Shown here: one piece after another, positions 35,175 through 45,443 of the stretch | Numbering within the stretch: the stretch's first letter is position 1 | Layout: each line of letters starts with the position of its first letter | Assembly: GCA_028716045.1 (NCBI GenBank) | Contig: JAQUQO010000001.1 | Location: 320,942 to 384,941 of the forward strand | Reading direction: 5' to 3' | DNA from: Patescibacteria group bacterium | Lineage (GTDB): Bacteria; Patescibacteriota; Patescibacteriia; JAQUQO01 | DNA: 64,000 nucleotides | Program-made: the position numbers and the translations under genes | The notes under the pieces: generated by a model | The model's input: the letters and a program-made list of their open reading frames with translations, nothing else | Told to the model about the DNA's origin: nothing | Databases searched by the model: none

Positions 35175-35303
35175 ACGACCTTGGTAGACTTGAGCTAGTG
35201 GTGAAGGGAGGGACCCGCCCCGATCTTCATTGTGGTAATCCCACAATGTGAAATATTCACTTAAATCGGGTTGCCGTCGTAATCGCGATACGACGGCTTT
35301 TTT
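35162..35303 (+). ncRNA. candidate small RNA of about 105 nt, with promoter, between secA and the HExxH gene
   Basis: TTGACT-17-TAGACT at 35162-35190. The transcript GCUAGUGGUGAAGGGAGGGACCCGCCCC... contains hairpins UUCAUUGUGG/CCACAAUGUGAA and GUGAAauaUUCAC. Terminator GCCGTCGTA-atcgcga-TACGACGGC followed by TTTTTT at 35273-35303. Confidence 0.3.
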
Positions 35304-35383
35304 CTTTTATCTGCCGTGACACTTCTTATATTTCTTCCCACTCCCGCCCCGTCATTCAATGGGACTCTACTCGGTTAAAATTA

Positions 35384-38077
35384 TTAACTATTTTTCCCGC
35401 AACAATGTTTATACTTTTTCGGCGTGCCATCGGGTTTGGTCGCTCCGCACGGGCACGGGTCGTTGCGACCGACTTTTTTTACCTTTTCCACACCCTCTTC
35501 ATTTTTTGTGGTTCTTTCGCTCGTCTTCGCCGGCGCGCTCATTATAAGGTTTTTAGTGAACGGACTCGCCGCTAACGCCGCCTGTGCCAAACCGACTTTA
35601 TAAATACTGTAAACAACTTCTTTCTCAATCATCGCCACCAGTTCGTTGTACATTCTAAATGACTCCTTTTTATATTCTACCAAAGGGTCGCGCTGGCCAT
35701 AACCACGCAAGCCGATGCCGGTGCGCATATAACTCATAGCGTCCAAATGTTCCACCCACAAAGAATCAATGGCGCGAAGCAAAATGTTCTTTTCTATCAT
35801 TACGAATAACGCCGGGTCGGAAAAATTAGCGGCCATTTTTTTATAACTGGCGAGTGCCAAATCGTAAAGATAATTAATAATCACATCGCGCGCCTGCGCG
35901 TCCTGTTCTTTCCCGCCGGCCTTTTCTCTTAAATCATCAAGCTTCAAACGAACGTCATCCGGCAACGGGAAAATAGTACTCACCGCCTCTTTTATTTCTT
36001 CCAAGTCCCAATTTTTTTCTTCATCATGAGCGGTATGAAAAAGAACAATCTGTTCAATTTCCTTTTTAACCATCGCTAAGATTGTTTCCCTTTCTTTATC
36101 AGATTGTAAAACCTCCCGCCGGCGGCGGTAAATCGCTTCTCTTTGCTTATTTAAAACGTCGTCATATTCAACCAAGTGTTTGCGAATATCAAAATGATGG
36201 CCTTCAACTTTGGTTTGGGCTGATTCAATGGATTTAGAAACCAGTCCGTTTTGAATCGGCATGTCCTCCGGAACTTTTAAGGTCGTCATAATGGATTTTA
36301 GGCGGTCGGAACCAAAAATGCGCATCAAATCGTCTTCCAAAGAAAGATAAAATTGCGTCGCGCCCGGATCGCCCTGACGGCCGGCGCGACCGCGCAACTG
36401 ATTATCTATGCGCCGCGACTCATGCCGTTCGGTGCCGATAACGCAAAGCCCACCCAGCTCGCAAACTTTTTTCGCTTCCTCGGCATTCGGCGGATTCCCA
36501 CCCAAAACTATATCCACGCCGCGGCCGGCCATATTAGTGGCAATGGTCACCGCGCCCAATCTGCCGGCTTGCGCGATAATCTCCGCCTCTTTCTCGTGGT
36601 GCTTGGCGTTCAAAACCTGATGCGGCACGCCTTCCCTTTCCAAAATTTCACTTAGCATTTCATTTTTTTCTATGGAAATCGTGCCCACCAGCACCGGCTG
36701 ACCCTTAGTATGACGCTCTTTAATTTCTTTGGCCACGGCCGTAAATTTTCCCATTTCCGTTTTATAAATCTTATCGGAATAATCGCGGCGAATCATGGGT
36801 TTATTGGTTGGGATGGCTGAAACTTCCAGTTTATAAATTTTTGAGAACTCTTCTGCTTCGGTGACGGCCGTGCCAGTCATGCCGGATAATTTTTTATACA
36901 AACGGAATAAATTTTGAAAAGTAATGGTGGCCATGGTCTGGCTCTCGCGTTTAATCTCCACGCCTTCTTTGGCTTCAATCGCCTGATGCAAGCCCTCGCT
37001 GTAACGCCGTCCGTACATCAAGCGTCCGGTGAATTCATCAACAATCAAAATCTCGCCGTCCTTAACCACGTAATCTCGGTCTATTTTAAATAAAGTATGG
37101 GCTTTCAACGCCTGCTCTATGTGATGGACGGTGGAAATCCCGCCGCTGGTGTAGATATTGTCCACGCCCAGCCATTTTTCCATTTTGGAAATACCCTCGG
37201 CGCTTAAAGTGGCGGTGCGCATTTTTTCGTCAATGTTATAATCCTCATTTTCTTTGAGCTGGCTTACCAAATTGGCAAATTGATAATACTGTTCCGTTGA
37301 TTCTTCGGCCGGAGCAGAAATAATCAACGGCGTGCGCGCTTCATCAATCAAGATACTGTCAACTTCATCCACGATAGCGTAATTTAATTCCCGCTGGGAA
37401 ACCTGCTCTAAATTAATCGCCATATTGTCGCGCAGATAATCAAAACCAAATTCATTATTGGTCCCGTAAAGGATATCGCAGGCGTAGGCCTCGCGGCGCG
37501 ACACCGGCCGCAAAAAATCCTGGCGCACTTTAAATCCGCCTTCAATATCTCTCTTTTCATCTTCCTCCGCGCTGGCGAAAGAGGCGTCATAAACAAAAGA
37601 GCTTTCGTGCTGGATACAGCCGACTGAAAGCCCTAAAAAATTATGAACTTGCCCCATCCAAACGGCATCGCGACGCGACAAATAATCATTGACTGTCACC
37701 ACGTGCACACCCGCGCCGGTTAAAGCGTTGAGATACGACGGCAGGGTTGCCACCAAAGTTTTTCCTTCACCGGTTTTCATTTCAGCAATCTGCCCCCAAT
37801 GTAAAACTATGCCGCCAATAAGCTGAACATCATAATGCCGCTGACCGAGAGTACGGCGGGCGGCTTCACGGACCACCGCAAACGCTTCAGGTAAAATATC
37901 ATCAAGTGTTTTCCCCTGCGCCAGCTCCGCTTTAAATCTCGCTGTTTGCGATTTTAATTCCTCATCAGACATTGGCCGGAATTTATTTTCCAAAAGGTTT
38001 ATTTTTTCAATAATCGGCCTGACTTTTTTTAGAACTTTTTCATTCGGGTCGCCGAAAATCTTTGTTAAAAACGACAT
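35384..38077 (-). CDS. secA: preprotein translocase ATPase SecA
   Basis: N-terminal SecA signature, DEAD-like motor, C-terminal zinc finger [20 protein letters not shown]. Confidence 0.95.
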   Translation of the reverse strand: MSFLTKIFGDPNEKVLKKVRPIIEKINLLENKFRPMSDEELKSQTARFKAELAQGKTLDDILPEAFAVVREAARRTLGQRHYDVQLIGGIVLHWGQIAEMKTGEGKTLVATLPSYLNALTGAGVHVVTVNDYLSRRDAVWMGQVHNFLGLSVGCIQHESSFVYDASFASAEEDEKRDIEGGFKVRQDFLRPVSRREAYACDILYGTNNEFGFDYLRDNMAINLEQVSQRELNYAIVDEVDSILIDEARTPLIISAPAEESTEQYYQFANLVSQLKENEDYNIDEKMRTATLSAEGISKMEKWLGVDNIYTSGGISTVHHIEQALKAHTLFKIDRDYVVKDGEILIVDEFTGRLMYGRRYSEGLHQAIEAKEGVEIKRESQTMATITFQNLFRLYKKLSGMTGTAVTEAEEFSKIYKLEVSAIPTNKPMIRRDYSDKIYKTEMGKFTAVAKEIKERHTKGQPVLVGTISIEKNEMLSEILEREGVPHQVLNAKHHEKEAEIIAQAGRLGAVTIATNMAGRGVDIVLGGNPPNAEEAKKVCELGGLCVIGTERHESRRIDNQLRGRAGRQGDPGATQFYLSLEDDLMRIFGSDRLKSIMTTLKVPEDMPIQNGLVSKSIESAQTKVEGHHFDIRKHLVEYDDVLNKQREAIYRRRREVLQSDKERETILAMVKKEIEQIVLFHTAHDEEKNWDLEEIKEAVSTIFPLPDDVRLKLDDLREKAGGKEQDAQARDVIINYLYDLALASYKKMAANFSDPALFVMIEKNILLRAIDSLWVEHLDAMSYMRTGIGLRGYGQRDPLVEYKKESFRMYNELVAMIEKEVVYSIYKVGLAQAALAASPFTKNLIMSAPAKTSERTTKNEEGVEKVKKVGRNDPCPCGATKPDGTPKKYKHCCGKNS

Positions 38078-38215
38078 ATTTTAAAATATTTTATACAATT
38101 AGATTGCTTTCATTGTATCTTAAATATGGATTTAAAGCAAGATATTGACAAAAATTTTAAAAAGGTTATTATTAAGCAATGAGTTCTTTCATAAACAAAA
38201 AACAGGGAGTTAAAA

Positions 38216-38500
38216 ATGTCTGAAAAGAAATCAAACGGCTATATCGTCGTATTCCAGTACACAGAAAAAGCTGGTCTTTATGCCGGGAGGATTAGCTGGA
38301 CAGAATACGCAAGCAAGAGGGAGTTTGACCAAAAATACAGAGAAAAAATTAAAAAGAAAGGACACAAAAAAATAATTGCCGAAGGAGTTATGTCAAAAAA
38401 AGCCGCGGAAATGCCTATGATAATACTAGAACCGATCTGTCTAAAACCACTTGAAATCAAAGCTAGAATTGTGACGATTAAAATGAAAAATGGGAAATAG
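38216..38500 (+). CDS. hypothetical protein (94 aa)
   Basis: SD AGGGAG 8 nt upstream; terminator immediately downstream. Confidence 0.45.
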   Translation: MSEKKSNGYIVVFQYTEKAGLYAGRISWTEYASKREFDQKYREKIKKKGHKKIIAEGVMSKKAAEMPMIILEPICLKPLEIKARIVTIKMKNGK

Positions 38501-38511
38501 CTCCAAAACAT

Positions 38512-38553
38512 AAAATCCCCGCACATCTAAATGTGGCGAGGATTTTTTATTTT
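38512..38553. terminator. bidirectional intrinsic terminator (for the 94-aa gene and tdk)
   Basis: Bulged stem TCCCCGCACAT ctaa ATGTGGCGAGGA, flanked by A/T tracts on both strands. Confidence 0.5.
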
Positions 38554-38562
38554 AAAATAATA

Positions 38563-39126
38563 CTATCCCCTAATAAAACATTTCTCGCAGACGGATTTAT
38601 AAGTATAGGTGCCATCTTCGGGAATAACCGGCGGCAGGCCGCTAAGCAACGGCTCCGAGTTTTTAAACACTTGCGTATATTCCGCTTCCAGATTGCCGCA
38701 ATCTTCGCAAATCGCCTTTTTATAAAAAACATTTTTGGGGTTTAACTCCAATAAATTTTGAACCAGCCGAAACGTTTCTCCGCGATAATCTATATTAAGT
38801 CCGGCGGCCACCACTTCTATCCCCCGCTCTAAAATTTTCCTTATAATCTCCGCTTCTGATTCTTCAAACATATGCAGTTCATCAACCCCGATAATCGGAA
38901 CATCGCTGTCCAGAACTTCGGTTAAATTTTCCACTTTTTTAGCGTCCAGTTCCAACCCTGCCCGCGACCAAATTTTTTCGTCGCGGACATTTTTTATTGA
39001 ATGAAACATTAAAAATTTTGTTCCGTTATCTTTCAGGGAGTTAAAATGATTTATCAAATGCAAAGATTTGCCGCTTTTCATCGGCCCCAAAATAAGAGTC
39101 AGATTTGTTTGATTTTGAAATCCCAT
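38563..39126 (-). CDS. tdk: thymidine kinase
   Basis: P-loop ILGPMKSGKS; C-terminal zinc ribbon CEDCG...CEKCF. Confidence 0.9.
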   Translation of the reverse strand: MGFQNQTNLTLILGPMKSGKSLHLINHFNSLKDNGTKFLMFHSIKNVRDEKIWSRAGLELDAKKVENLTEVLDSDVPIIGVDELHMFEESEAEIIRKILERGIEVVAAGLNIDYRGETFRLVQNLLELNPKNVFYKKAICEDCGNLEAEYTQVFKNSEPLLSGLPPVIPEDGTYTYKSVCEKCFIRG

Positions 39127-39128
39127 AA

Positions 39129-40091
39129 CTAAAATCCTATAAATTGCACTTCCTCCTCTAATCTCAAACCAAACTTAGCAAAAACTTTTTCTTTAATCAA
39201 GTTGGTTAAATTTAAAATATCTTTAGCCGTGGCCTTATTCTGATTTAAAATAAAATTGGCGTGCTTTATGGAAACTCGCGCTCCGCCGATTATCTGTCCT
39301 TTTAATCCGCACTGCTCTATAAGCCAACCGGCGGGAATTATCCCTTTTAACGAAAATTCTTCCCGAACGATTGCGCTGACTCTTTCTTTTTCTTTCCCGT
39401 CTAATTTATCCAAATAAACATTTTTAAACATACAGCCGGCCGTTGGATGCGAAACGTCCTGACCTTGCGTCTTTTTTGTCAGATATTCCTGAATCTTCCG
39501 ATTGCTGGCTTCCTTATCGCCCGGTTTTAGATTAAGCACGGCCCGCAAAATTATATCTCCATTATTTTTAAAATCGCTGTGTCGATAAGAAAAACCGCAA
39601 CTTTTATTATCCAAAATAACTATTTCTCCGTTTCGTAAAACTTCCACGCTTTCCACTATGTCTTTAATTTCCCCGCCCCACGCGCCGGCATTGCCGCGAA
39701 TCGCTCCGCCCAAAGTTCCGGGAATCCCCGCCGCCCATTCCAATCCGCTTAAATTATTATTCACTGAAAACATCAATAATTTATTTAAATTAACTCCCGC
39801 TCCGGCCGTGATTTTATCAGCGGATATTTTAAGTTCGTCAAAATCAATCTTAATAACCAAACCGGCAAATCCCTCATCCGCAACAAGGATATTGCTTCCC
39901 CCGCTCAAAACAAAAACGGGAAGATTGTCTTCCCCTGCCGCTCTTATCGCGCTTTTTAATTCCTCAATGTCTTTTACCTCCAGAAAATATCTGGCCGGTC
40001 CGCCGATTTTAAAAGTGGTGTATGGCGCTAAAGGTTCGTCTATTTTTATATTTTGTAATTTATTTAATTCTGACATACAACGAATTAACAA
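39129..40091 (-). CDS. murB: UDP-N-acetylenolpyruvoylglucosamine reductase
   Basis: FAD-binding region GGPARYF...VFVLSGGSNILV and the MurB C-terminal domain. Confidence 0.9.
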   Translation of the reverse strand: MLIRCMSELNKLQNIKIDEPLAPYTTFKIGGPARYFLEVKDIEELKSAIRAAGEDNLPVFVLSGGSNILVADEGFAGLVIKIDFDELKISADKITAGAGVNLNKLLMFSVNNNLSGLEWAAGIPGTLGGAIRGNAGAWGGEIKDIVESVEVLRNGEIVILDNKSCGFSYRHSDFKNNGDIILRAVLNLKPGDKEASNRKIQEYLTKKTQGQDVSHPTAGCMFKNVYLDKLDGKEKERVSAIVREEFSLKGIIPAGWLIEQCGLKGQIIGGARVSIKHANFILNQNKATAKDILNLTNLIKEKVFAKFGLRLEEEVQFIGF

Positions 40092-40117
40092 GTTGAGAGA
40101 TACGAAGCAAAAATTAT

Positions 40118-40180
40118 GAATTAGGAATTAGGAGTTAGGAGTTAGGAGTTACAAGTTATAAGTTACGAGTTGCGAGTTTT
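40118..40180. repeat. heptanucleotide tandem repeat, 9 units of NAGTTAN
   Basis: gaattag gaattag gagttag gagttag gagttac aagttat aagttac gagttgc gagtttt. It spans the murB-murC intergenic region and the last codons and stop of murC. Confidence 0.7.
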
Positions 40181-41565
40181 AATTTCTGAATTATCTTCAC
40201 TGGCATATCCCCTGCCCCCAAAAGCAAAATCACGTCTGTTTGGTCAAGGACACGCGCGATTTCCCTTTCAGTATAATCTATATCCGGCGTATAAATCACC
40301 TCCCTCTCGCGATTATTTGATTTGTCATGCCTTTTTATGGCTTCCACCAGTTTTTGCGAATTTACATCCTCATCGTCTTTTTCCTCACGACCGGCCACAT
40401 CGTATATTTCATTAATAATAACCAAATCGGCTTCGTCCAGAGATTTTACAAAATTTACAAATAAATTCTTGGTGCGATTATGCTGATGGGGCTGGAAAAC
40501 CGCCACCACGCGCCGATGCGGATAAAAATCCTTAGCCGCTCTCAAAACCGCGCGCAAAGACGTGGGATGATGGGCATAATCGGAAATAAAAATCGCGCCA
40601 TCTTTCTCGCCGATTTTTTCAAACCTCCGCCAAGCCCCCTGATAATTTTCTAACGCTTTTTTAATTCTCTTAACGCTGATTTTTAAGTGAAACCCCAAAG
40701 CAATGACTGCCAAAGCATTATAAACATTGTGCCGTCCCGGGATATTCAAAGAAAAAGTGTCAATTTTTTTACCGTTATGATAAACGTCAAAATATTGTTT
40801 GCCGTTCTCGCTGTAAATGTCTTTAGCCGTGACATTGGCTAAATTGTCTATTCCGTACGTAATCCGGCTTCTCATCGTTTTTATTTCCATGGAATTGGCG
40901 TCATCGGCATTGCAGATAAAAACTCCCTGCTCCGGCAATTTATCTATGAATGACTGGAAGGTTGATTTAATATGGTCTATGCCGGTATAAAAATCCAAAT
41001 GGTCTTCTTCAATGTTAGTGAGCAGAATTATTTTAGGTTCAAGGTTCAGCATGTGAGCCCGATATTCGCAGGCCTCTACGACAAAATTTTCCCCCTTGCC
41101 AAATCTTAAATTACCATCCGTAAAATTTTCCACCTTACTGCCCACAACCACCAGCGGGTCAAACTTGCCGGCTTCCAAAAGCAAGCCAGCCATAGAAGTG
41201 GTAGTTGTTTTGCCGTTAGTTCCACAGATGGCGATAGTATCTTTTTCTTTACTGATTAATCCCAGTACTTCCGGATAACTTAATTGCGGGATGTCAAACT
41301 CCCGCGCTTTTTTTCTCTCCGGATTTTTCTCGGGCACGGCCGCGGAATAAACGACCAGCTCGGTCTTGGGGTCAAGATTGCCGCTTTTGTGTTTGCTAAA
41401 AAAATTTATCTGATATTTTTTTAAATCCTCGGTGATGGCCGTTTCTTCCAGGTCCGAACCGGAAACTTTTTTCCCCTGTTTGGCAAAAAGTTTAGCCAGA
41501 GCCGAAATGCCGATTCCGCCCACTCCGATAAAGTGAATTTTTTTAATTTTTCCTAACTCCACCAT
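40156..41565 (-). CDS. murC: UDP-N-acetylmuramate--L-alanine ligase
   Basis: IHFIGVGGIGISALAKL...GKKVSGSD and ICGTNGKTTTTSM. The start is taken at the internal Met. An alternative start at 41613 is possible. Confidence 0.9.
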   Translation of the reverse strand: MVELGKIKKIHFIGVGGIGISALAKLFAKQGKKVSGSDLEETAITEDLKKYQINFFSKHKSGNLDPKTELVVYSAAVPEKNPERKKAREFDIPQLSYPEVLGLISKEKDTIAICGTNGKTTTTSMAGLLLEAGKFDPLVVVGSKVENFTDGNLRFGKGENFVVEACEYRAHMLNLEPKIILLTNIEEDHLDFYTGIDHIKSTFQSFIDKLPEQGVFICNADDANSMEIKTMRSRITYGIDNLANVTAKDIYSENGKQYFDVYHNGKKIDTFSLNIPGRHNVYNALAVIALGFHLKISVKRIKKALENYQGAWRRFEKIGEKDGAIFISDYAHHPTSLRAVLRAAKDFYPHRRVVAVFQPHQHNRTKNLFVNFVKSLDEADLVIINEIYDVAGREEKDDEDVNSQKLVEAIKRHDKSNNREREVIYTPDIDYTEREIARVLDQTDVILLLGAGDMPVKIIQKLKLATRNL

Positions 41566-41999
41566 ATAATGAAAATTATTGAGGTTATAAAGAGGCCCAA
41601 AATTATCCCCCAAAATACTTCTCTTAGATTATGACCAATGAGATTTTTCCATTCAATGCCCTCAAAACTGCCATGGAAAATTTTGGCAAAAATTTTGTTG
41701 ACAATATCTTCCTGATGCTGGGCAAAAACGCGGTCGCCGATAACGTCGCGGATGACTATTAAAGAAAACACCAAAGAGGCTATAAACAAGGTGGTAATAC
41801 CTTCGTAAAGAAAAATTCCCAAAGTCAGGGATGTAACCACCGCCGTATGTGTGGAAGGCATGCCGGCGGCCATCAAAAGGTAACGCCAATGGAACCCGGC
41901 ATTTTTGCGGGAATAAATAATCGCCTTTATTGCCTGGGAAATGAGGTCAGAAAAAAGACAACTCAAAATGATTGGGTTGGTAATCAATTCTTTTAGCAT
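41553..41999 (-). CDS. divergent PAP2 family membrane protein (DUF212, YuiD-like)
   Basis: MAAGMPSTHTAVVTS (cf. GGMPSSHSA), 4 TM. Start chosen at MLKEL. Confidence 0.6.
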   Translation of the reverse strand: MLKELITNPIILSCLFSDLISQAIKAIIYSRKNAGFHWRYLLMAAGMPSTHTAVVTSLTLGIFLYEGITTLFIASLVFSLIVIRDVIGDRVFAQHQEDIVNKIFAKIFHGSFEGIEWKNLIGHNLREVFWGIILGLFITSIIFIIWWS

Positions 42000-42175
42000 A
42001 TTATTACATATTAGCACCAAAAAGACGGGGGTTCAAGGGGGTGTATTTTGTAGAAAAACGATTAATCGCGTTTCTACGGGAGGAATGTTTCGGCGATAAA
42101 ATAAAAAACAACCGCTAATTAACGGCTGTTTGCGGAAATTTGTTACTTAATCGTTTTTGGTCTTTTTCTGTTGTG

Positions 42176-42349
42176 CTATAAAAAATCACGATTTTCTTCA
42201 TACACATCAACGCCCTTCTCTAAAAGTAACGAAAGACCGGTGATAATCGGATAAGTAATCACCCAAAAAATTAACGCAATGGTCAAAAGAAAAAATAAAC
42301 CTGACATGATCGCCGCTCGCTTCATTCTCTTTTTAGACTCCTGCTTCAT
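42176..42349 (-). CDS. small membrane protein (57 aa), hypothetical
   Basis: MKQESKKRMKRAAIMSGLFFLLTIALIFWVITYPIITGLSLLLEKGVDVYEENRDFL. AGGAGG 7 nt upstream. Not in the ORF track. Confidence 0.4.
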   Translation of the reverse strand: MKQESKKRMKRAAIMSGLFFLLTIALIFWVITYPIITGLSLLLEKGVDVYEENRDFL

Positions 42350-42379
42350 TTCGATGCCTCCTATTCAGTTTTCAAACTT

Positions 42380-43090
42380 CTATTTTTGTAAAATGCTTAC
42401 TAAATTTTTACCAGTAAACCAATGACCTTTTGTTCCTTTTAAACTATAATAATTCTCTAAAATTGTCAAACCAGAAAGAACGGCTAATTTTTGAATTTCT
42501 TTTTTAGTAAAAGAATGATAATATCTCTTCACTTTTTCTTGACCAAAAGGAACTAAACAATCACCGAAATCCAGCGGAGATTTACCGATAAGCTTTAACA
42601 AGCTATACTTAATAATAAGCGGCCTGTATTTCTTTTGATATAGATTCCAATTAGTCATCAATAAATATCCATCGGGCTTTAAAACCCGCTTCACATTATT
42701 TAAAACTTGGAGTCGAAGCTCTTTTGATGGAAGATGATTTAATACTGCTACCATCATTACCGCGTCAAAATGGTTGTCGGGGAAATTTAAATCCAGCGCA
42801 TCTCCGACTTGGAATTTATCGGCAATTTCCGGATATTTCTTTTTCGCTTCATTTATAAGGGCCTCCGAATTATCAACGCCAAAATAATTTATTGATTTAT
42901 TTTTCAAAAAATCGTATAATCTGCCATTGCCACAGCCCAAATCCAAAACCTTATCCCCCGCTTTAATATATTTGCCAAAAATTTCCAAGTCCGGCCAAAT
43001 ATAACCGCGGGTAGCGGAAAAGTCCCCACTGATTATGTTATAACTTTCCTTAACTTTTTTTAATAATTTTTGCGCAATTTCTTCTTTCAT
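42380..43090 (-). CDS. class I SAM-dependent methyltransferase
   Basis: Motif I VLDLGCGNGRLY. Confidence 0.8.
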   Translation of the reverse strand: MKEEIAQKLLKKVKESYNIISGDFSATRGYIWPDLEIFGKYIKAGDKVLDLGCGNGRLYDFLKNKSINYFGVDNSEALINEAKKKYPEIADKFQVGDALDLNFPDNHFDAVMMVAVLNHLPSKELRLQVLNNVKRVLKPDGYLLMTNWNLYQKKYRPLIIKYSLLKLIGKSPLDFGDCLVPFGQEKVKRYYHSFTKKEIQKLAVLSGLTILENYYSLKGTKGHWFTGKNLVSILQK

Positions 43091-43125
43091 TTGTATATTT
43101 GTAAATTATTCGTAATTCGTATTCC

Positions 43126-44790
43126 ATGCAAGAACAGTTTATCAAAGAAATCATAAAATTAAAACCCCGGACTCCCAACCGGATGTCTAAAATAAAAAGG
43201 CGCCTAGCCAAGCGTTTTGGTATTCCTATTGTTCCCAATTCGGAAGTTTTAAAATATTATCATGAACTATTAGCTAAAAATAAGATTAAACCGGATAAAC
43301 AATTTGAAGATTTAATCAAAAAACGCTCCATTCGCACCCTCTCCGGTGTAGCTCCCGTTACCTTGCTCACCAAGCCCTATCCTTGCCCAGGAACTTGCGC
43401 CTATTGCCCCTCGGAGCCCAATATGCCCAAAAGCTACCTTTCCAACGAACCAGCGGCCATGCGCGCGGTTTTAAACAAATTTGACCCCTATAAACAGGTC
43501 CATTACCGCATTAAAGCGCTGGAAGCCAACGGCCACGATACAGATAAAATTGAATTGATTGTCCTCGGCGGCACTTGGTCTTATTATCCCAAAAAATACC
43601 GTGAATCATTTATTAAATCCTCTTTTGCCGCCGCCAATGATTATCCCAAATTCAATAAATCTTCGGCCAAAAAAAGCTTAAAAGAATTGCAAAAGAAAAA
43701 TGAAACGGCCAAACACCGCATCATCGGCCTGTCTTTGGAAACCCGCGCTGACTATGTAACGCCCAAAGAAATCGCTCACCTGCGCGAACTTGGTTGTACA
43801 CGTATTCAGCTTGGCGTCCAATCAATCTATGACAGCATTTTAAAATTGAACAAACGCGGGCATGGAATCCAAGAAGTAATTAAAGCGACTAAACTTTTTA
43901 AAGATGCCGGTTTTAAAGTTGACTATCACCTGATGCCCAACCTACCGGGTTCTAATCCTAAAAAAGATTTGGAAATGTTTAGGCAACTGTTCTCCAATTC
44001 TGTCTTCCAACCGGACCAACTTAAAATTTATCCCTGTATTGTCAATAAATATTCTTTGCTTTATCAATGGTTTAAACAAGGGAAATTTAAGCCGTACAGC
44101 GATAAGGAACTTTCAGACCTGCTGATTAAAATCAAAGCGCTTATCCCCTACTATGTTCGTTTGAATCGCCTCGTGCGCGATATTCCCAAGGAAAGCATTG
44201 AAGCGGGAAATAAAATCACCAACCTGCGCGAGTATTTACAAAAAAGAATAAAAGAACGAGGCCTGCGTTGCAAATGTATCCGCTGTCGCGAAGCCCGCAA
44301 TAAAACCGCCAACCTTAAACAAGCGAAATTATTTATAGAAAAATACCCCGCCTCCGGTGGAATAGAATACTTTTTGAGTTATGAAAATAAAGACCGCACC
44401 ATTCTTTACGCTTTTGTCCGCCTGCGCTTGCCATCTTTTTATTATTCTAAGCCCGATTTGAAAAAAAATTCGGGTTCAGATTCTTCCCCCGCTAAGCGGG
44501 GTCAGAATGACATATTTAGATTTATTCCGGAAATAAAAGATTGCGCCCTGATTCGCGAATTGCACACTTATGGCCAGCTTATGCCCCTGCGTTCCGAAAA
44601 AAATCTAAAAACAAAAATTCAACATCAGGGTTTTGGCAAAATGCTGATGGCGCAAGCGGAAAAGATTGCTGTCAAAGAAGGGTTTAAAAAAATCGCCGTT
44701 ATTGCCGGCGTGGGCGTGCGGGGTTATTACAAAAAACTGGGGTATAAATTAAAAGGAACTTATATGATTAAACACTTGACAAAAATCTGA
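43126..44790 (+). CDS. Elp3-like radical-SAM / GNAT protein (tRNA wobble-uridine modification family)
   Basis: Cys cluster PYPCPGTCAYCP; IELIVLGGTWSYYP; C-terminal acetyltransferase motif QHQGFGKMLMAQAEKIA. Confidence 0.85.
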   Translation: MQEQFIKEIIKLKPRTPNRMSKIKRRLAKRFGIPIVPNSEVLKYYHELLAKNKIKPDKQFEDLIKKRSIRTLSGVAPVTLLTKPYPCPGTCAYCPSEPNMPKSYLSNEPAAMRAVLNKFDPYKQVHYRIKALEANGHDTDKIELIVLGGTWSYYPKKYRESFIKSSFAAANDYPKFNKSSAKKSLKELQKKNETAKHRIIGLSLETRADYVTPKEIAHLRELGCTRIQLGVQSIYDSILKLNKRGHGIQEVIKATKLFKDAGFKVDYHLMPNLPGSNPKKDLEMFRQLFSNSVFQPDQLKIYPCIVNKYSLLYQWFKQGKFKPYSDKELSDLLIKIKALIPYYVRLNRLVRDIPKESIEAGNKITNLREYLQKRIKERGLRCKCIRCREARNKTANLKQAKLFIEKYPASGGIEYFLSYENKDRTILYAFVRLRLPSFYYSKPDLKKNSGSDSSPAKRGQNDIFRFIPEIKDCALIRELHTYGQLMPLRSEKNLKTKIQHQGFGKMLMAQAEKIAVKEGFKKIAVIAGVGVRGYYKKLGYKLKGTYMIKHLTKI

Positions 44791-44844
44791 TATTCTGATA
44801 AAAAAACAATAGAAGCTCCTTAACAACAAGAAACCGGAGGGAAA

Positions 44845-45156
44845 ATGAGTACTGAAGAATTAAATAAAATGCTAAAAAAATGCCCTGTAAATACCCTTTT
44901 ATTTATCAAAATAAACTCGGAAGAAGTTGAAAAGGAAACTAATCGGGAATTATTTTCCAAATTAATTGAGGAAAAGCCCGATGATATTTTATGCTATTTT
45001 GAAAAAAAATTGAGCGATGAAAACCAAACAGGGGTTATTATAGTGGAGGAAATCAGCGAAAAAAGAGAAAAAATTACACTCCACGCCCGACATATCAGCG
45101 AAATCCATATTATTGAAAAAAGCGTGGCCAAAGCCATGCTCGCAAAAAATTTTTAA
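44845..45156 (+). CDS. hypothetical protein (103 aa)
   Basis: SD GGAGGG upstream; clean terminator downstream. Confidence 0.45.
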   Translation: MSTEELNKMLKKCPVNTLLFIKINSEEVEKETNRELFSKLIEEKPDDILCYFEKKLSDENQTGVIIVEEISEKREKITLHARHISEIHIIEKSVAKAMLAKNF

Positions 45157-45161
45157 GTTTA

Positions 45162-45208
45162 ATCCCGCCTTAGGCAATCTAAACCAAGGCGGGATTTTTA
45201 TTTTTCTT
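45162..45208 (+). terminator. intrinsic terminator
   Basis: ATCCCGCCTT-N14-AAGGCGGGAT followed by TTTTTATTTTT. Confidence 0.6.
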
Positions 45209-45217
45209 ATTCTCTTT

Positions 45218-45368
45218 TTGTCTTTGCGAGGAGGAGTCCCGAAAACTCGGGACGACGACGAAGCAATCTCTAATACAGCGCCCTTGCCCAAAGCTACGTA
45301 TCAGAGATTGCTTCCCCCTCGACGGCTCGGCCAGAGCTCGCCGAAGTCAAGCTCGGGGTCGCAATGAC
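45218..45368. repeat. GC-rich MITE/REP-like element, copy B (151 bp)
   Basis: Same TIRs TGTCTTTGCGA...TCGCAATGACA and same core GAAGCAATCTCTAATACA...CAAAGCTA..TATCAGAGATTGCTTC as copy A, but the flanking hairpin arms are exchanged and inverted relative to copy A. Confidence 0.55.
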
Positions 45369-45387
45369 ATTAAAGTTTTATTTCTTG

Positions 45388-45416
45388 AAATTAATAATAA
45401 AAACTCGTATACTAAA
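45388..45416 (+). promoter_or_regulatory. candidate glyA promoter TTGAAA-17-TATACT
   Basis: Sequence inspection only. Confidence 0.35.
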
Positions 45417-45443
45417 AACAACTCATCAACTTATTTTAAAACT

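Noticed and set aside
34497-35246. ORF-track start (35246) for the HExxH peptidase gene
   Set aside because: The first 24 codons run through a GC-rich structured intergenic element with no RBS. The internal Met at 35174 has an AAGG SD.
36353-36655. Antisense ORFs inside secA (also 508-723, 38547-38745, 49688-58099, 25452-26876 and similar)
   Set aside because: They lie fully within, and opposite to, genes with strong homology. They have no RBS and their composition is a mirror-frame artefact.
40118-40180. CRISPR array
   Set aside because: The units are 7 bp with no spacers. No cas genes. It is a microsatellite-like heptamer tract.
41553-41613. 61-nt overlap of murC with the DUF212 gene
   Set aside because: It is resolved by using internal Met starts for both, leaving a 13-nt overlap. 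This is an annotation choice, not a gene fusion.
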